DNA of 64,000 bases from Acidobacteriota bacterium. GTDB taxonomy: Bacteria; Acidobacteriota; UBA6911. The position numbers and the translations under genes are program-made. The notes under the pieces are model-generated. The model saw only the letters and a list, made by a program, of their open reading frames with translations, was not told the DNA's origin and did not search any database. Positions 48,323-56,990 of the stretch are shown piece after piece. Location: the NCBI GenBank assembly GCA_963664705.1, contig OY761556.1:864001-928000 (forward strand), written 5' to 3'. How positions within the stretch are numbered: position 1 is the first letter of the stretch; each line of letters opens with the position of its first letter.

Positions 48323-49855
48323 ATGAGCGTATCGAACAACATCATGGTGGAGACAGATTGCGGGAAACTCGAGGGCGTGTACGAGAGAGGCCTCTATACA
48401 TTCAAAGGTGTGCCCTATGCGGCACCGCCTGTGGGAGAGCTGCGCTGGCTTCCTCCGCAGCCACCTGTGGCTTGGAAGGGAATCAGGCCAGCAACGGCCT
48501 ATGGTGCGATTTCGCCCCAGGATGCATCGATTCTGCCGGTCCTGCCGTCCGTACCGGAGGAGCAGAGCGAAGACTGTCTTTTTCTGAATGTGTATTCGCC
48601 TGGCTTGGACCGTGGCCGGCGTCCGGTCATGGTTTGGATTCATGGCGGCGCATTTTCGATCGGCTCCGGTTCGACAGACATGTACACGACCGGCACCCTT
48701 GCCTCCAATAGCGACGTTGTATTGGTCACCATCAATTACCGCCTCGGTGTGCTGGGATTTCTTAACCTGAATGAGGTCACGAATGGCCGGATCCCATCTA
48801 CCGGGAACGAGGGATTGCTCGATCAGGTTGCCGCGCTGAAATGGGTGCAGCGAAACATTGCGGCCTTTGGAGGCGATCCGGACAATGTCACCGTATTTGG
48901 CGAGTCGGCCGGAGCCATGAGCATTGGATGCCTGCTGAATCTTCCTGCGGCGCAGGGCTTGTTCCAGCGGGCTATTCTCGAAAGCGCGGTTGGCGAAATG
49001 GCAAGGCCTTTGGATATGTCGGTTGAAATAACCGAACAGTTCCTCCGGCTTAGCGGTTTGAATCGAAATGATATTCCAGGCTTGCGATCCGCTTCCCCCG
49101 AAATACTGCTGCGTGCTCAACAGCAGACGGCACTGCAGATGGAGCAGGGAGCTGCGCCGGTGATCCCGGTCGCCGATGGCAAGGTAATGCCGATGATGCC
49201 GCTGGCTTCGCTGGAGGCTGGACGCGGAGCCAAGGTGCCGACGCTGGTCGGCTGCAACCTGGACGAAGACAAGTTCTTCTCTCTGATGAATCCGAAGCTT
49301 TTCAAAATAGATGAGGAAGGATTGCGGCAGCGCGCTGAAAAATATGTGAAATCGGAGGATGTGTCCCGGCTGCTGGATGTCTATCAGGCTGCCAGGGCAA
49401 AACGTGGAGAACCGATCGCATCCTTTGATTTGTTCTCGGCAATCAACACCGATGTCATGTTCAGGAGGACAGCCATTCGCGTTGCCGAGGCGCAGTGCAG
49501 ATTTGCTCCGGGCGGATATAACTATCTGTTTACCTGGAAATCGCCGGCTTCAGGCGGGAAGCTGGGAGCCTGCCACGTTCTCGAGGTCGCGTTTATCTTC
49601 GGAAACTATAATGCAACGTTTAATGGAAAAGGGCCGCAGGCGGATCAACTCTCCGGGCAAATGCAGGATGCCTGGACCAGTTTTGCGCGAACCGGGAAGC
49701 CGAGCTGCGCGCAGCTTGGCGAATGGCCTCAATATGGCGAAGAACGGGCAACGATGGTGCTTGATTCGAATTGCCGCGTGGAGAAAGCCGTTATGGAAGA
49801 GGAACGGCGGGTTTGGGAGACGCTGCACGAGCTGCAGTTCGCAAATATGCCCTGA
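48323..49855 (+). CDS. Type B carboxylesterase/lipase
   Basis: FKGVPYA.PP, EDCL.LNV, HGGA, FGESAG and GACH motifs. Confidence 0.95.
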   Translation: MSVSNNIMVETDCGKLEGVYERGLYTFKGVPYAAPPVGELRWLPPQPPVAWKGIRPATAYGAISPQDASILPVLPSVPEEQSEDCLFLNVYSPGLDRGRRPVMVWIHGGAFSIGSGSTDMYTTGTLASNSDVVLVTINYRLGVLGFLNLNEVTNGRIPSTGNEGLLDQVAALKWVQRNIAAFGGDPDNVTVFGESAGAMSIGCLLNLPAAQGLFQRAILESAVGEMARPLDMSVEITEQFLRLSGLNRNDIPGLRSASPEILLRAQQQTALQMEQGAAPVIPVADGKVMPMMPLASLEAGRGAKVPTLVGCNLDEDKFFSLMNPKLFKIDEEGLRQRAEKYVKSEDVSRLLDVYQAARAKRGEPIASFDLFSAINTDVMFRRTAIRVAEAQCRFAPGGYNYLFTWKSPASGGKLGACHVLEVAFIFGNYNATFNGKGPQADQLSGQMQDAWTSFARTGKPSCAQLGEWPQYGEERATMVLDSNCRVEKAVMEEERRVWETLHELQFANMP

Positions 49856-49860
49856 TGGAA

Positions 49861-49900
49861 AACGGGCTCCCTGGTTCTGCCGAATGCCGGGGAGCCCGTT
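49861..49900. terminator. Hairpin between convergent genes
   Basis: aacgggctccc / gggagcccgtt. Confidence 0.7.
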
Positions 49901-49905
49901 GATGG

Positions 49906-50367
49906 CTACTTGTCTTCGATCTTTTGCCGCCTGCCAGCCCGAAATATTATGAGCAGTCCTATAAAAATCAGTATGGATGGCCACAAAAAGTTCCATCCCA
50001 TATTCCAGAACCACCAGTAGTACTGGTGAAAGAAGGGGATGTGTCGCAGAAGAAAGCTGAGTCCAAGAACGATCAGAATTACGCCAACAATCAATCCTCC
50101 GGTTTGACCTGTCCTGCCCGGGATTGGAGGGGGAGGAGGAACCGGGTCCACTCCGGATTGGTAATTGGGGGCGGCGGATTCCGGCGGCCGCTCCGGAATG
50201 ATGATCATGCCAATGATATATGCTATAAGCGATCCTCCGCCCACAAAGAGCAGGAGAACCGCAATGAGACGAACCAGCACCGGATCGACTTCGAGATACT
50301 CGGCGATGCCGCCGCAAACGCCCGCGATCACCTTGTTCTTTCTGCTTCTGTAGAGTCTCGTCATCAT
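49906..50367 (-). CDS. PspC domain membrane protein
   Basis: LYRS......AGVCGG.AEY...DP..VR, plus C-terminal TM helices with WP. Confidence 0.9.
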   Translation of the reverse strand: MMTRLYRSRKNKVIAGVCGGIAEYLEVDPVLVRLIAVLLLFVGGGSLIAYIIGMIIIPERPPESAAPNYQSGVDPVPPPPPIPGRTGQTGGLIVGVILIVLGLSFLLRHIPFFHQYYWWFWNMGWNFLWPSILIFIGLLIIFRAGRRQKIEDK

Positions 50368-50590
50368 TGCCTCCTTGGCAGTCTATTCCCTATAACGAAA
50401 TAAGCATCCAAAGAGTTCAATCTCTCGTTTGAATGCAGCCGATTCCATGGCGGATGGAGTCGGGGGGCGCGCGCCTGATATAATGCCATAGTTCTTCTCT
50501 GCTTGTTCGGGTGAGTCTGGAGATAAATTGGATAGGGTCCCAGGCCTCAGGAGCCATGTATCGCGGACCTGTCCAAAGAAAGGCCTGAAA

Positions 50591-51292
50591 ATGAAGCTAA
50601 TGTTATTTGTGGCGATGGCGGTTCTTTGTGGTTCTTTTGCCGGTTGGGCCCAAACATCTTCGGAACCGGAAACCTTGAGACCCTTGGTTCGCGGCTTTTC
50701 GGCGGGACCAAATTCGGCGCCTTCCGATCGGCCATTTCATTTCGAGTTGAATCTTCCGAAGAGTTTTGAAAATGAAAATATTCCTTTTGCAGCAAACAGG
50801 GTCCCGGCATTGGAGACAGACGCATTGGAGACGCAAGCCACTGCCTCACGCCCGAAAACGTTTAACTATACCAAAGGCTATGCCACAAGACGAAAGATTC
50901 ACAAATATGCCAGCATCGCAACTTTGCCGCTGGCTGTCTCGGAAGCCATCGTTGGCCAGAAATTGATAGATAGCAGAAGTGATAGTTCCTTGCGCTCTGC
51001 GCATTCTGCCTTGGCTGCCGGGATTGGCGTGCTCTTTGGAGTCGAGAGCGTTACGGGTGTCTGGAATTTATGGGATGCCAGGAAACTCTCAAAAGGCAGA
51101 AGCCGGCGTCTGGTCCATGGCATTTTGATGCTGGCGGCAGATGCGGGATTTGTGGCAACCGCTGCCCTGGCTCCACACCATGAGGATGATGGGGGCATTC
51201 GAAGCGGGGATGCATCCGCGCATAGAGCGGTGGCCTATGCTTCATTCGGTGTTGCGACGACCAGTTATTTATATATGCTCTTTACAAAGTAA
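50591..51292 (+). CDS. Hypothetical membrane protein with four His-bearing helices (cytochrome b561-like?)
   Basis: Signal peptide. IHKY, AHSA, VHGI and AHRA each start a hydrophobic segment. Confidence 0.65.
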   Translation: MKLMLFVAMAVLCGSFAGWAQTSSEPETLRPLVRGFSAGPNSAPSDRPFHFELNLPKSFENENIPFAANRVPALETDALETQATASRPKTFNYTKGYATRRKIHKYASIATLPLAVSEAIVGQKLIDSRSDSSLRSAHSALAAGIGVLFGVESVTGVWNLWDARKLSKGRSRRLVHGILMLAADAGFVATAALAPHHEDDGGIRSGDASAHRAVAYASFGVATTSYLYMLFTK

Positions 51293-51302
51293 CCGGGGAT
51301 TT

Positions 51303-51773
51303 ATGAATTATTCCGAAATGAACAGCCCGATCGGGCTGCTGACAATTGCCGCAGATGATGAAGGGCTGTGCTCGATAGAATTTGGCAAAGGAAAAGATGT
51401 TTCTCCATCGGCGTCATGGGGAAATACCGGATTGGTTCGTGAGGCAATCCAGCAGTTACAGTCCTATTTTCAAAGAAAGCTGATCCGGTTTGATATCCCG
51501 CTAAAACCAAAGGGGACCCTTTTTCAGCTGCAGGTCTGGCAGGAGCTTCAAAATATTCCATATGGAACCGTGATCTCTTATGCGGAGCTGGCGCGACGGG
51601 TTGGCAATTTGAAGGCGTCCCGTGCGGTCGGCGCCGCTAATGGCGCCAATCCGATTCCCATTATGATTCCGTGCCACCGTGTGATTGGAAGCAATGGCAA
51701 GATGACCGGTTATGCAGGGGGATTGTCCATCAAAGAAGAACTGCTTCAACTGGAAAGGGCGCGACTCTTTTAG
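51303..51773 (+). CDS. ogt: Methylated-DNA--protein-cysteine methyltransferase
   Basis: GT.FQ..VW..L..IPYG, RAVG.A and PCHRV motifs. Confidence 0.95.
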   Translation: MNYSEMNSPIGLLTIAADDEGLCSIEFGKGKDVSPSASWGNTGLVREAIQQLQSYFQRKLIRFDIPLKPKGTLFQLQVWQELQNIPYGTVISYAELARRVGNLKASRAVGAANGANPIPIMIPCHRVIGSNGKMTGYAGGLSIKEELLQLERARLF

Positions 51774-51778
51774 CCTGC

Positions 51779-51825
51779 CGGGAACGCCGTCGTCTCGCTT
51801 ATGGTTCGAGACGACGGCGTTCCCG
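51779..51825. repeat. Perfect 19-bp inverted repeat (GGGAACGCCG REP-like) between convergent genes
   Basis: cgggaacgccgtcgtctcg / cgagacgacggcgttcccg. Confidence 0.85.
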
Positions 51826-51848
51826 ATTTTTGCAGGATCGCCGCGAAT

Positions 51849-52874
51849 CTAGTAAGACTCGTCCTCGGCCAGAGCGTCGGCGCCGATCGGACCCGAAAAC
51901 TTAAAGTACACCCACGTTTGATAGATCAACACGATCGGAACCATTACCAATGCCACTCCAAGCATAATGGCCAAGGTCAGAGGGCTCGACTGCGTATTGA
52001 AAGCGGTTCGGGAAAATGCGGGATCGATGTTGGAGGGAAGCAGTGCCGGATAAAGCCCTGCAACTCCAAACAGCGTGCACCCGACAATGGTTGCGCAGGA
52101 TGAAAACCAGGATTTCCACCAGGCTCCCTTTCCCAGGAAAACTCGTGAAAGAAACAGCCCTGCTACCGACAGGAGCGGAAGAATCAGGAGTACCGGTTTG
52201 GCCAGAACATTTTGCCAGAGCGGCGTTGCGAACCAGGTATAAATGAGAAACAGTACCGCTACGACCAGAAGCACGGCCCACAGTCCTCGTGCCGCCTTGG
52301 AGGCACGAGCCTGCAGTTCACCTTCAGATTTCGTCAGCAGCCAAATCGTTCCATGAACGGCGAACAAAAGAACAAAGAGAACTCCGCCCAGCAACCCGTA
52401 AGGATTGAGCAATGTAAACAGATTGCCGTGAAAGATCCCCTCTTTGTCGATGGGTATACCGGAGAAGATATTGGCGAACGCTACGCCCAGCAGGAGCGCC
52501 GGCAGGAAGCTTCCTATAAATTGGCAGGCATCCCACGTTTTTCTCCACCAGGCTGCTTCTTCCTTTCCGCGAAATTCGTAGGAAATGCCGCGGAGAATCA
52601 ATGCAAACAACAGCAGCATCAGCGGTGTGTACAGCGCTGAGAACATGACCGCATAGGTTCCTGGAAATGCGGCAAAGGTAACGCCGCCAGCCGTGATCAG
52701 CCAAACTTCATTCCCATCCCAGAAGGGTCCCATGGCATTCAGCGTGATTCGTTTTTCTTGCTCACTCTTGGCGATAAACGGCCGGATAATGCCCAGGCCC
52801 AGATCAAATCCGTCCAGCATGAAATAAACCGCCCAGAGCACTCCCCAAAGAATAAACCATATGGTCGGCATCAT
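51849..52874 (-). CDS. cydB: Cytochrome bd oxidase subunit II
   Basis: LDGFDLG, PFWDGNEVW and FAAFP..Y motifs. Confidence 0.95.
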   Translation of the reverse strand: MMPTIWFILWGVLWAVYFMLDGFDLGLGIIRPFIAKSEQEKRITLNAMGPFWDGNEVWLITAGGVTFAAFPGTYAVMFSALYTPLMLLLFALILRGISYEFRGKEEAAWWRKTWDACQFIGSFLPALLLGVAFANIFSGIPIDKEGIFHGNLFTLLNPYGLLGGVLFVLLFAVHGTIWLLTKSEGELQARASKAARGLWAVLLVVAVLFLIYTWFATPLWQNVLAKPVLLILPLLSVAGLFLSRVFLGKGAWWKSWFSSCATIVGCTLFGVAGLYPALLPSNIDPAFSRTAFNTQSSPLTLAIMLGVALVMVPIVLIYQTWVYFKFSGPIGADALAEDESY

Positions 52875-52877
52875 TGA

Positions 52878-54221
52878 TCACCTCCCCGCCTGCGCCAGGG
52901 CCGAAGCGGATTTTGCATTCGCCGGTTGTGGGCCTTTGCGCGCGAACTTGAATAGTAGGTAGAAGTCTGCAATTCCGAGCAGAGTGTAGACCAGGAAGAA
53001 GGCAGCGGTACTGATCGCTACTTGAGAAACGGCAATGGGTGAAACCGCGTCCCTGGTTTTCATCATGCCATAGATAATCCACGGCTGTCGCCCGACCTCC
53101 GTGAGCGTCCAGCCAAACTGGATAGCCAGGTAGGGCAGAGGAATGCCCCAGACCAGCAGTTTCAGAAGCCCCGGGGATTCCATTATCTTTTCCCGCTTGA
53201 ACCAGGCCCAAATGCAGACGGCAATGAAGAGGACGCCGAGCCCCACCATGATTCTAAAGGAGAGGAATGAGATAAGAACTGGAGGGCGTTCATCCGCGGG
53301 AAAAGCCTTTAAGCCTTTGACTTCGGCATTTCCATCATAGAACGCAAGAAACGAGAGGAGCCGGGGGATCGACCAGGTTTGAATGCTATTTCGTTCATTC
53401 GCCGAGTCGGGCCATTGAACGAGATTCATTGGAACCGCGCGTCCGGTTTCCCAGTGCGATTCCATTGCCGCAAACTTCGCCGGTTGATATTCACCCAGCA
53501 TCTCCGCATTCATGTGTCCCTGTACCGCTTCGAAAAGGGAAAAGATGAGAGTGAAGAGCAGCGCTACACGGAAAGACTTCTGGAAAAAGGCGACTTCATG
53601 TTTCCTTAACAGATGCCAGGCAGAAATGCCGATCACAAAGAAGCCGCCAAGGATGTACGCGCCCCCGACCGTATGCACGAAAGTGAGAACGGCATAGCGC
53701 TGAGTCATGATCTCAAACAAATTGGACAGTTCAGCGCGCCCATTCCGGATCACATAACCTACCGGGTGCTGCATCCAGGAGTTTGCGGTCAGAATCCAAT
53801 AGGCCGAAACATTGGACGCCGCGGCCACAATCCATATGCACGCGGCATGGGCTTTCGGCGAGAGCTTCTTCCAGCCAAAGAACCAGACGGCAATGAAGGT
53901 GGACTCGAGGAAAAATGCCAGAGTGGCCTCGATGGCCAGCAGGGAGCCGAAAATATCCCCCACATAAGCGGAATAGCGTGACCAGTTTGTTCCGAACTGA
54001 AATTCGAGAGTAATCCCCGTTACAATACCGATGGCGAAATTGATCAGAAAAAGCTTTCCCCAGAATTTTGCTGCTCGTTTGTAATCCTCATCGCGCCGGG
54101 TCACATAGAGAGTCTCCATGATCGCGACCAGGATGGAAAGCCCGAGAGTCAGCGGCACAAATAGAAAGTGAAAATATGTGGCCACTGCAAACTGCAGGCG
54201 TGAAAGACTAAGCACGTCCAC
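52878..54221 (-). CDS. cydA: Cytochrome bd oxidase subunit I
   Basis: RLQFA...FH, EFQFGTNW, QPAK.AAME and EVGRQPW motifs. GTG start overlaps the Rrf2 gene end. Confidence 0.96.
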   Translation of the reverse strand: MDVLSLSRLQFAVATYFHFLFVPLTLGLSILVAIMETLYVTRRDEDYKRAAKFWGKLFLINFAIGIVTGITLEFQFGTNWSRYSAYVGDIFGSLLAIEATLAFFLESTFIAVWFFGWKKLSPKAHAACIWIVAAASNVSAYWILTANSWMQHPVGYVIRNGRAELSNLFEIMTQRYAVLTFVHTVGGAYILGGFFVIGISAWHLLRKHEVAFFQKSFRVALLFTLIFSLFEAVQGHMNAEMLGEYQPAKFAAMESHWETGRAVPMNLVQWPDSANERNSIQTWSIPRLLSFLAFYDGNAEVKGLKAFPADERPPVLISFLSFRIMVGLGVLFIAVCIWAWFKREKIMESPGLLKLLVWGIPLPYLAIQFGWTLTEVGRQPWIIYGMMKTRDAVSPIAVSQVAISTAAFFLVYTLLGIADFYLLFKFARKGPQPANAKSASALAQAGR

Positions 54222-54699
54222 GGCCGTCTCCTTTCTTCTTTTTTTCAGATGGACCGGCTTGTTTGTTCAAGCTGTTTGGCCGGTGGGAAAGACCAGAAGC
54301 TTTGGCGAGATAGTCAAAACGAATGGCTCCGAGGGAAGCGGCGGTCTGGTCGGTTACCGCAGCCCACGAGGCCCGTACCGGGCAGCCGCTCGTGAGCGGA
54401 CATGCCTGCGGATTGTCCACGCAGGGGTTGAGGGCAAGTTCCCCCTCCATAGCCCGTATAACATCGAGAAGACTGATCTGCGAAGAGGGACGGGATAGCG
54501 TTATCCCGCCGCCGGCTCCGCGAATCGTACGCAGGATACCTGCACTGCCCAGGCGCCGGATAATCCGTCGCACAAATGCGCGCGGCAACAGGCGCTTCCG
54601 GGCGACCTCCTCGGCGGTAATCTGCGCGCCTTTTCCCAGCATCGAAAGATGGAGAATTATGCGCGCTGCATAATCGGTGTCACGTCTTATTGAAAGCAT
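54208..54699 (-). CDS. Rrf2 family transcriptional regulator with three Cys
   Basis: DYA.R, RG..GG..L, ISLLDVI.A.EG and C-x6-C-x5-C motifs. Confidence 0.93.
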   Translation of the reverse strand: MLSIRRDTDYAARIILHLSMLGKGAQITAEEVARKRLLPRAFVRRIIRRLGSAGILRTIRGAGGGITLSRPSSQISLLDVIRAMEGELALNPCVDNPQACPLTSGCPVRASWAAVTDQTAASLGAIRFDYLAKASGLSHRPNSLNKQAGPSEKKKKGDGRGRA

Positions 54700-54713
54700 G
54701 GTTTTTTTAAAGG

Positions 54714-54755
54714 ATACGAAAATGGTATTGTTACCATAATGGTATTCTTTGTCAA
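54714..54755 (-). promoter_or_regulatory. rrf2-cydAB promoter with tandem TAC-N7-GTA palindromes
   Basis: TTGACA at 54755-54750; ATACGAAAATGGTAT (54714-54728) and TTACCATAATGGTAT (54731-54745). Confidence 0.65.
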
Positions 54756-54764
54756 CGAAAAAAT

Positions 54765-54811
54765 GGACTGCCCCTTCAAGGCGCTGAACCGGTGGCGCCG
54801 AGGGGCAGTCC
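54765..54811 (-). terminator. Hairpin downstream of the beta-propeller gene
   Basis: ggactgcccct / aggggcagtcc; a T-tract follows on the minus strand. Confidence 0.7.
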
Positions 54812-54817
54812 TCGAAC

Positions 54818-56137
54818 TTACTGACCGATGCAGTACAGGTGTTTCAATGTTCGAACAAACATCCTGCCCTGGGAAATCGCAGGCGAAGCCATGACCGCCT
54901 CCCCGAGGGAATTCTTGGCCAGCAGCTCAAACTTTGGCCCTGCATTGATCACGTACACCTCTCCGTCTTCGCTCATGACGTAGAGCTTGCCGTCGATGCC
55001 GACCGGTGACGCGGAAAAATTGGCTCCGGTTTCTATTCTCGTTTTGCCGTACAGTTCTTTTCCCGTTTTGACGTCGTAGCAGGCAATGAAGCCCTGGTCG
55101 AGCACGACAAAGACAAAATCCCCGTAGGCTATCGGCGAGGGGATGTAAGGCGCAGCGGTGAGTTGCCGCCAGGCGATATCCTTTGAACTGGTCTCGCCTT
55201 GTTTGAGCGTAATGTCACCGTTGGCGCCCGGCCGGAATGCGGTCAAGGGACGGACTTCTTCCATAATAAAGCCGGACGATACGAGAATCAGCCCGTTGGA
55301 AAATGTCGGCGTGGGCGTGGTTATGGATGTTGCGGGCCCGCGGCATTCCCACAGGAGTTTTCCCGTAGCCGGATCATAGCTGCGAACGGCACGGGTGGCA
55401 TTGACGATCAGTTCCGGTCTTGCGCCTTTGTCATACAAAAACGGCGTACTCCAGGAGGAAGCTTCATCGCGATCGGTCTTCCAGATGGTGTTGCCGGTCT
55501 TTTTATCCAATGCAATGATGAAGGAGCCGCCGGGTTCCTGATCGCAGGTCTGGATCACGTAGTCCTTGAATAGCACGGGCGAGCTTCCCATGCCCCAGTT
55601 ATTTCTCATGGTGAATTTGCCGAGATCCTTGCTCCAGATCAGCTTGCCGTTGAAGTCATAGCAGTACATGCCCTGGTCGCCGAAAAATGCGATGACATAG
55701 GTGCCATCCGTGACAGGGGTTTGGGAGGCATAGCTGTTTTTGGTATGGCGTGCGTTGACCGGTTTTGTGCGAACCGCAGTCTGCTCCCAGAGAAGTTTGC
55801 CGGTGTTGCGATCATAGCAGAGTACCTTCCATGAAATTTCGGCTGCATCCGGTTTACGTTCACTGCGTGGAAATCCCTTCTCCCAGTAATCTTCTTTTGG
55901 ATCACTGCTGATGGCCGTGGTGACAAAGATGCGGTTTCCCCACACAATGGGAGACGAGTGGCCCAGGCCCGAAACTTCCACTTTCCATTTCACGTTTTTC
56001 GATATATCCCAGGTTGCCGGGAATCCTTTATCTCCGGATATTCCGAGTCCGCCTGCTCCACGCCAGCCCGGCCAGTTTTCTGCATGTGCCAGTGAAAACG
56101 ATGCAATCAGCAAGAAATAGGCAAGTATTCTGCGCAT
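54818..56137 (-). CDS. Secreted PQQ-like beta-propeller protein
   Basis: Signal peptide, NWP.WRG, and repeated SSP / D..TG..LW blades. Confidence 0.9.
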   Translation of the reverse strand: MRRILAYFLLIASFSLAHAENWPGWRGAGGLGISGDKGFPATWDISKNVKWKVEVSGLGHSSPIVWGNRIFVTTAISSDPKEDYWEKGFPRSERKPDAAEISWKVLCYDRNTGKLLWEQTAVRTKPVNARHTKNSYASQTPVTDGTYVIAFFGDQGMYCYDFNGKLIWSKDLGKFTMRNNWGMGSSPVLFKDYVIQTCDQEPGGSFIIALDKKTGNTIWKTDRDEASSWSTPFLYDKGARPELIVNATRAVRSYDPATGKLLWECRGPATSITTPTPTFSNGLILVSSGFIMEEVRPLTAFRPGANGDITLKQGETSSKDIAWRQLTAAPYIPSPIAYGDFVFVVLDQGFIACYDVKTGKELYGKTRIETGANFSASPVGIDGKLYVMSEDGEVYVINAGPKFELLAKNSLGEAVMASPAISQGRMFVRTLKHLYCIGQ

Positions 56138-56196
56138 TCTTTATCTCTCCTTCGTTCCAAGCCTCTCATAAAAAAGTAGGACGGGAGACAGCCCTG

Positions 56197-56775
56197 TCAG
56201 CCCGCCGGCTGTATCTCAATAGACCAAGTCTGATCACCCCAGGATATGAACAGAGTTGCCCCGGCCGCCGCAGGCTCAAAGTGGTATATCAGGATTTCCG
56301 TTTTTTTGCCTTGGACCTGCTTCAGCGGAATGCGAGCCACCTCCTGGTCCTTGATGGACATGGAATAGTCCGCAAAATGCGGATAAGGGCGATTGGCTCT
56401 GTCGGATGCGGCCTTAGGAAAAGGTTCGTTGCGCGGCTGTCCGATATCACTATTGATGATCAGGGCATAGTCTCCTTTTTCGGGACAATACATGTAAAGA
56501 GAATAATTGCCGGCTGGTATCTTTTTTCCGCCTATCGACAGGTCTGCTTCCGTGCTCAGGATCGTCATGGGGCCGGCACCGGCACGCCAGATGCGGTCTG
56601 CCGGAAGCTGCCTCATAAGGCTGGCCAGCGGCCGGCCTTTCAGATTGGGTCGGCCATATTCAATCGAAACCGTCTTGCCGTTGACTGACGTTCTGGCCCT
56701 ATCCCAAATATCCTGTCCAAAAACTCCGATAGCAGATCCGAAAATCAGCATCCATGCAACGATGAATTTAGGCAT
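56197..56775 (-). CDS. DUF2911 family secreted protein
   Basis: I.YGRP..KGR, WR.GA, PAG.YSL and W near the C-terminus. AAGGAG RBS. Confidence 0.82.
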   Translation of the reverse strand: MPKFIVAWMLIFGSAIGVFGQDIWDRARTSVNGKTVSIEYGRPNLKGRPLASLMRQLPADRIWRAGAGPMTILSTEADLSIGGKKIPAGNYSLYMYCPEKGDYALIINSDIGQPRNEPFPKAASDRANRPYPHFADYSMSIKDQEVARIPLKQVQGKKTEILIYHFEPAAAGATLFISWGDQTWSIEIQPAG

Positions 56776-56990
56776 CGAAATCTCCTTGGCATATTCTTGA
56801 TTCCGCGGCAATTATACCTCTGTTTTATCCTGATCCCGGCCACATGTTAATATGGTGTAAATTCTGTCGCGTCAAACAGCTATGTGGAAGTATGCTGTAA
56901 AAAGAATGAACGAATTTGGCCATAATATTATCAATGATTGCGTGAGAGTTAGTCGAAGTTTTGGCCCATCCATGAATCAGGAAGATATGT

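Noticed and set aside
48126-48326. 66-aa ORF overlapping the esterase start
   Set aside because: No recognisable features; more likely promoter or leader sequence.
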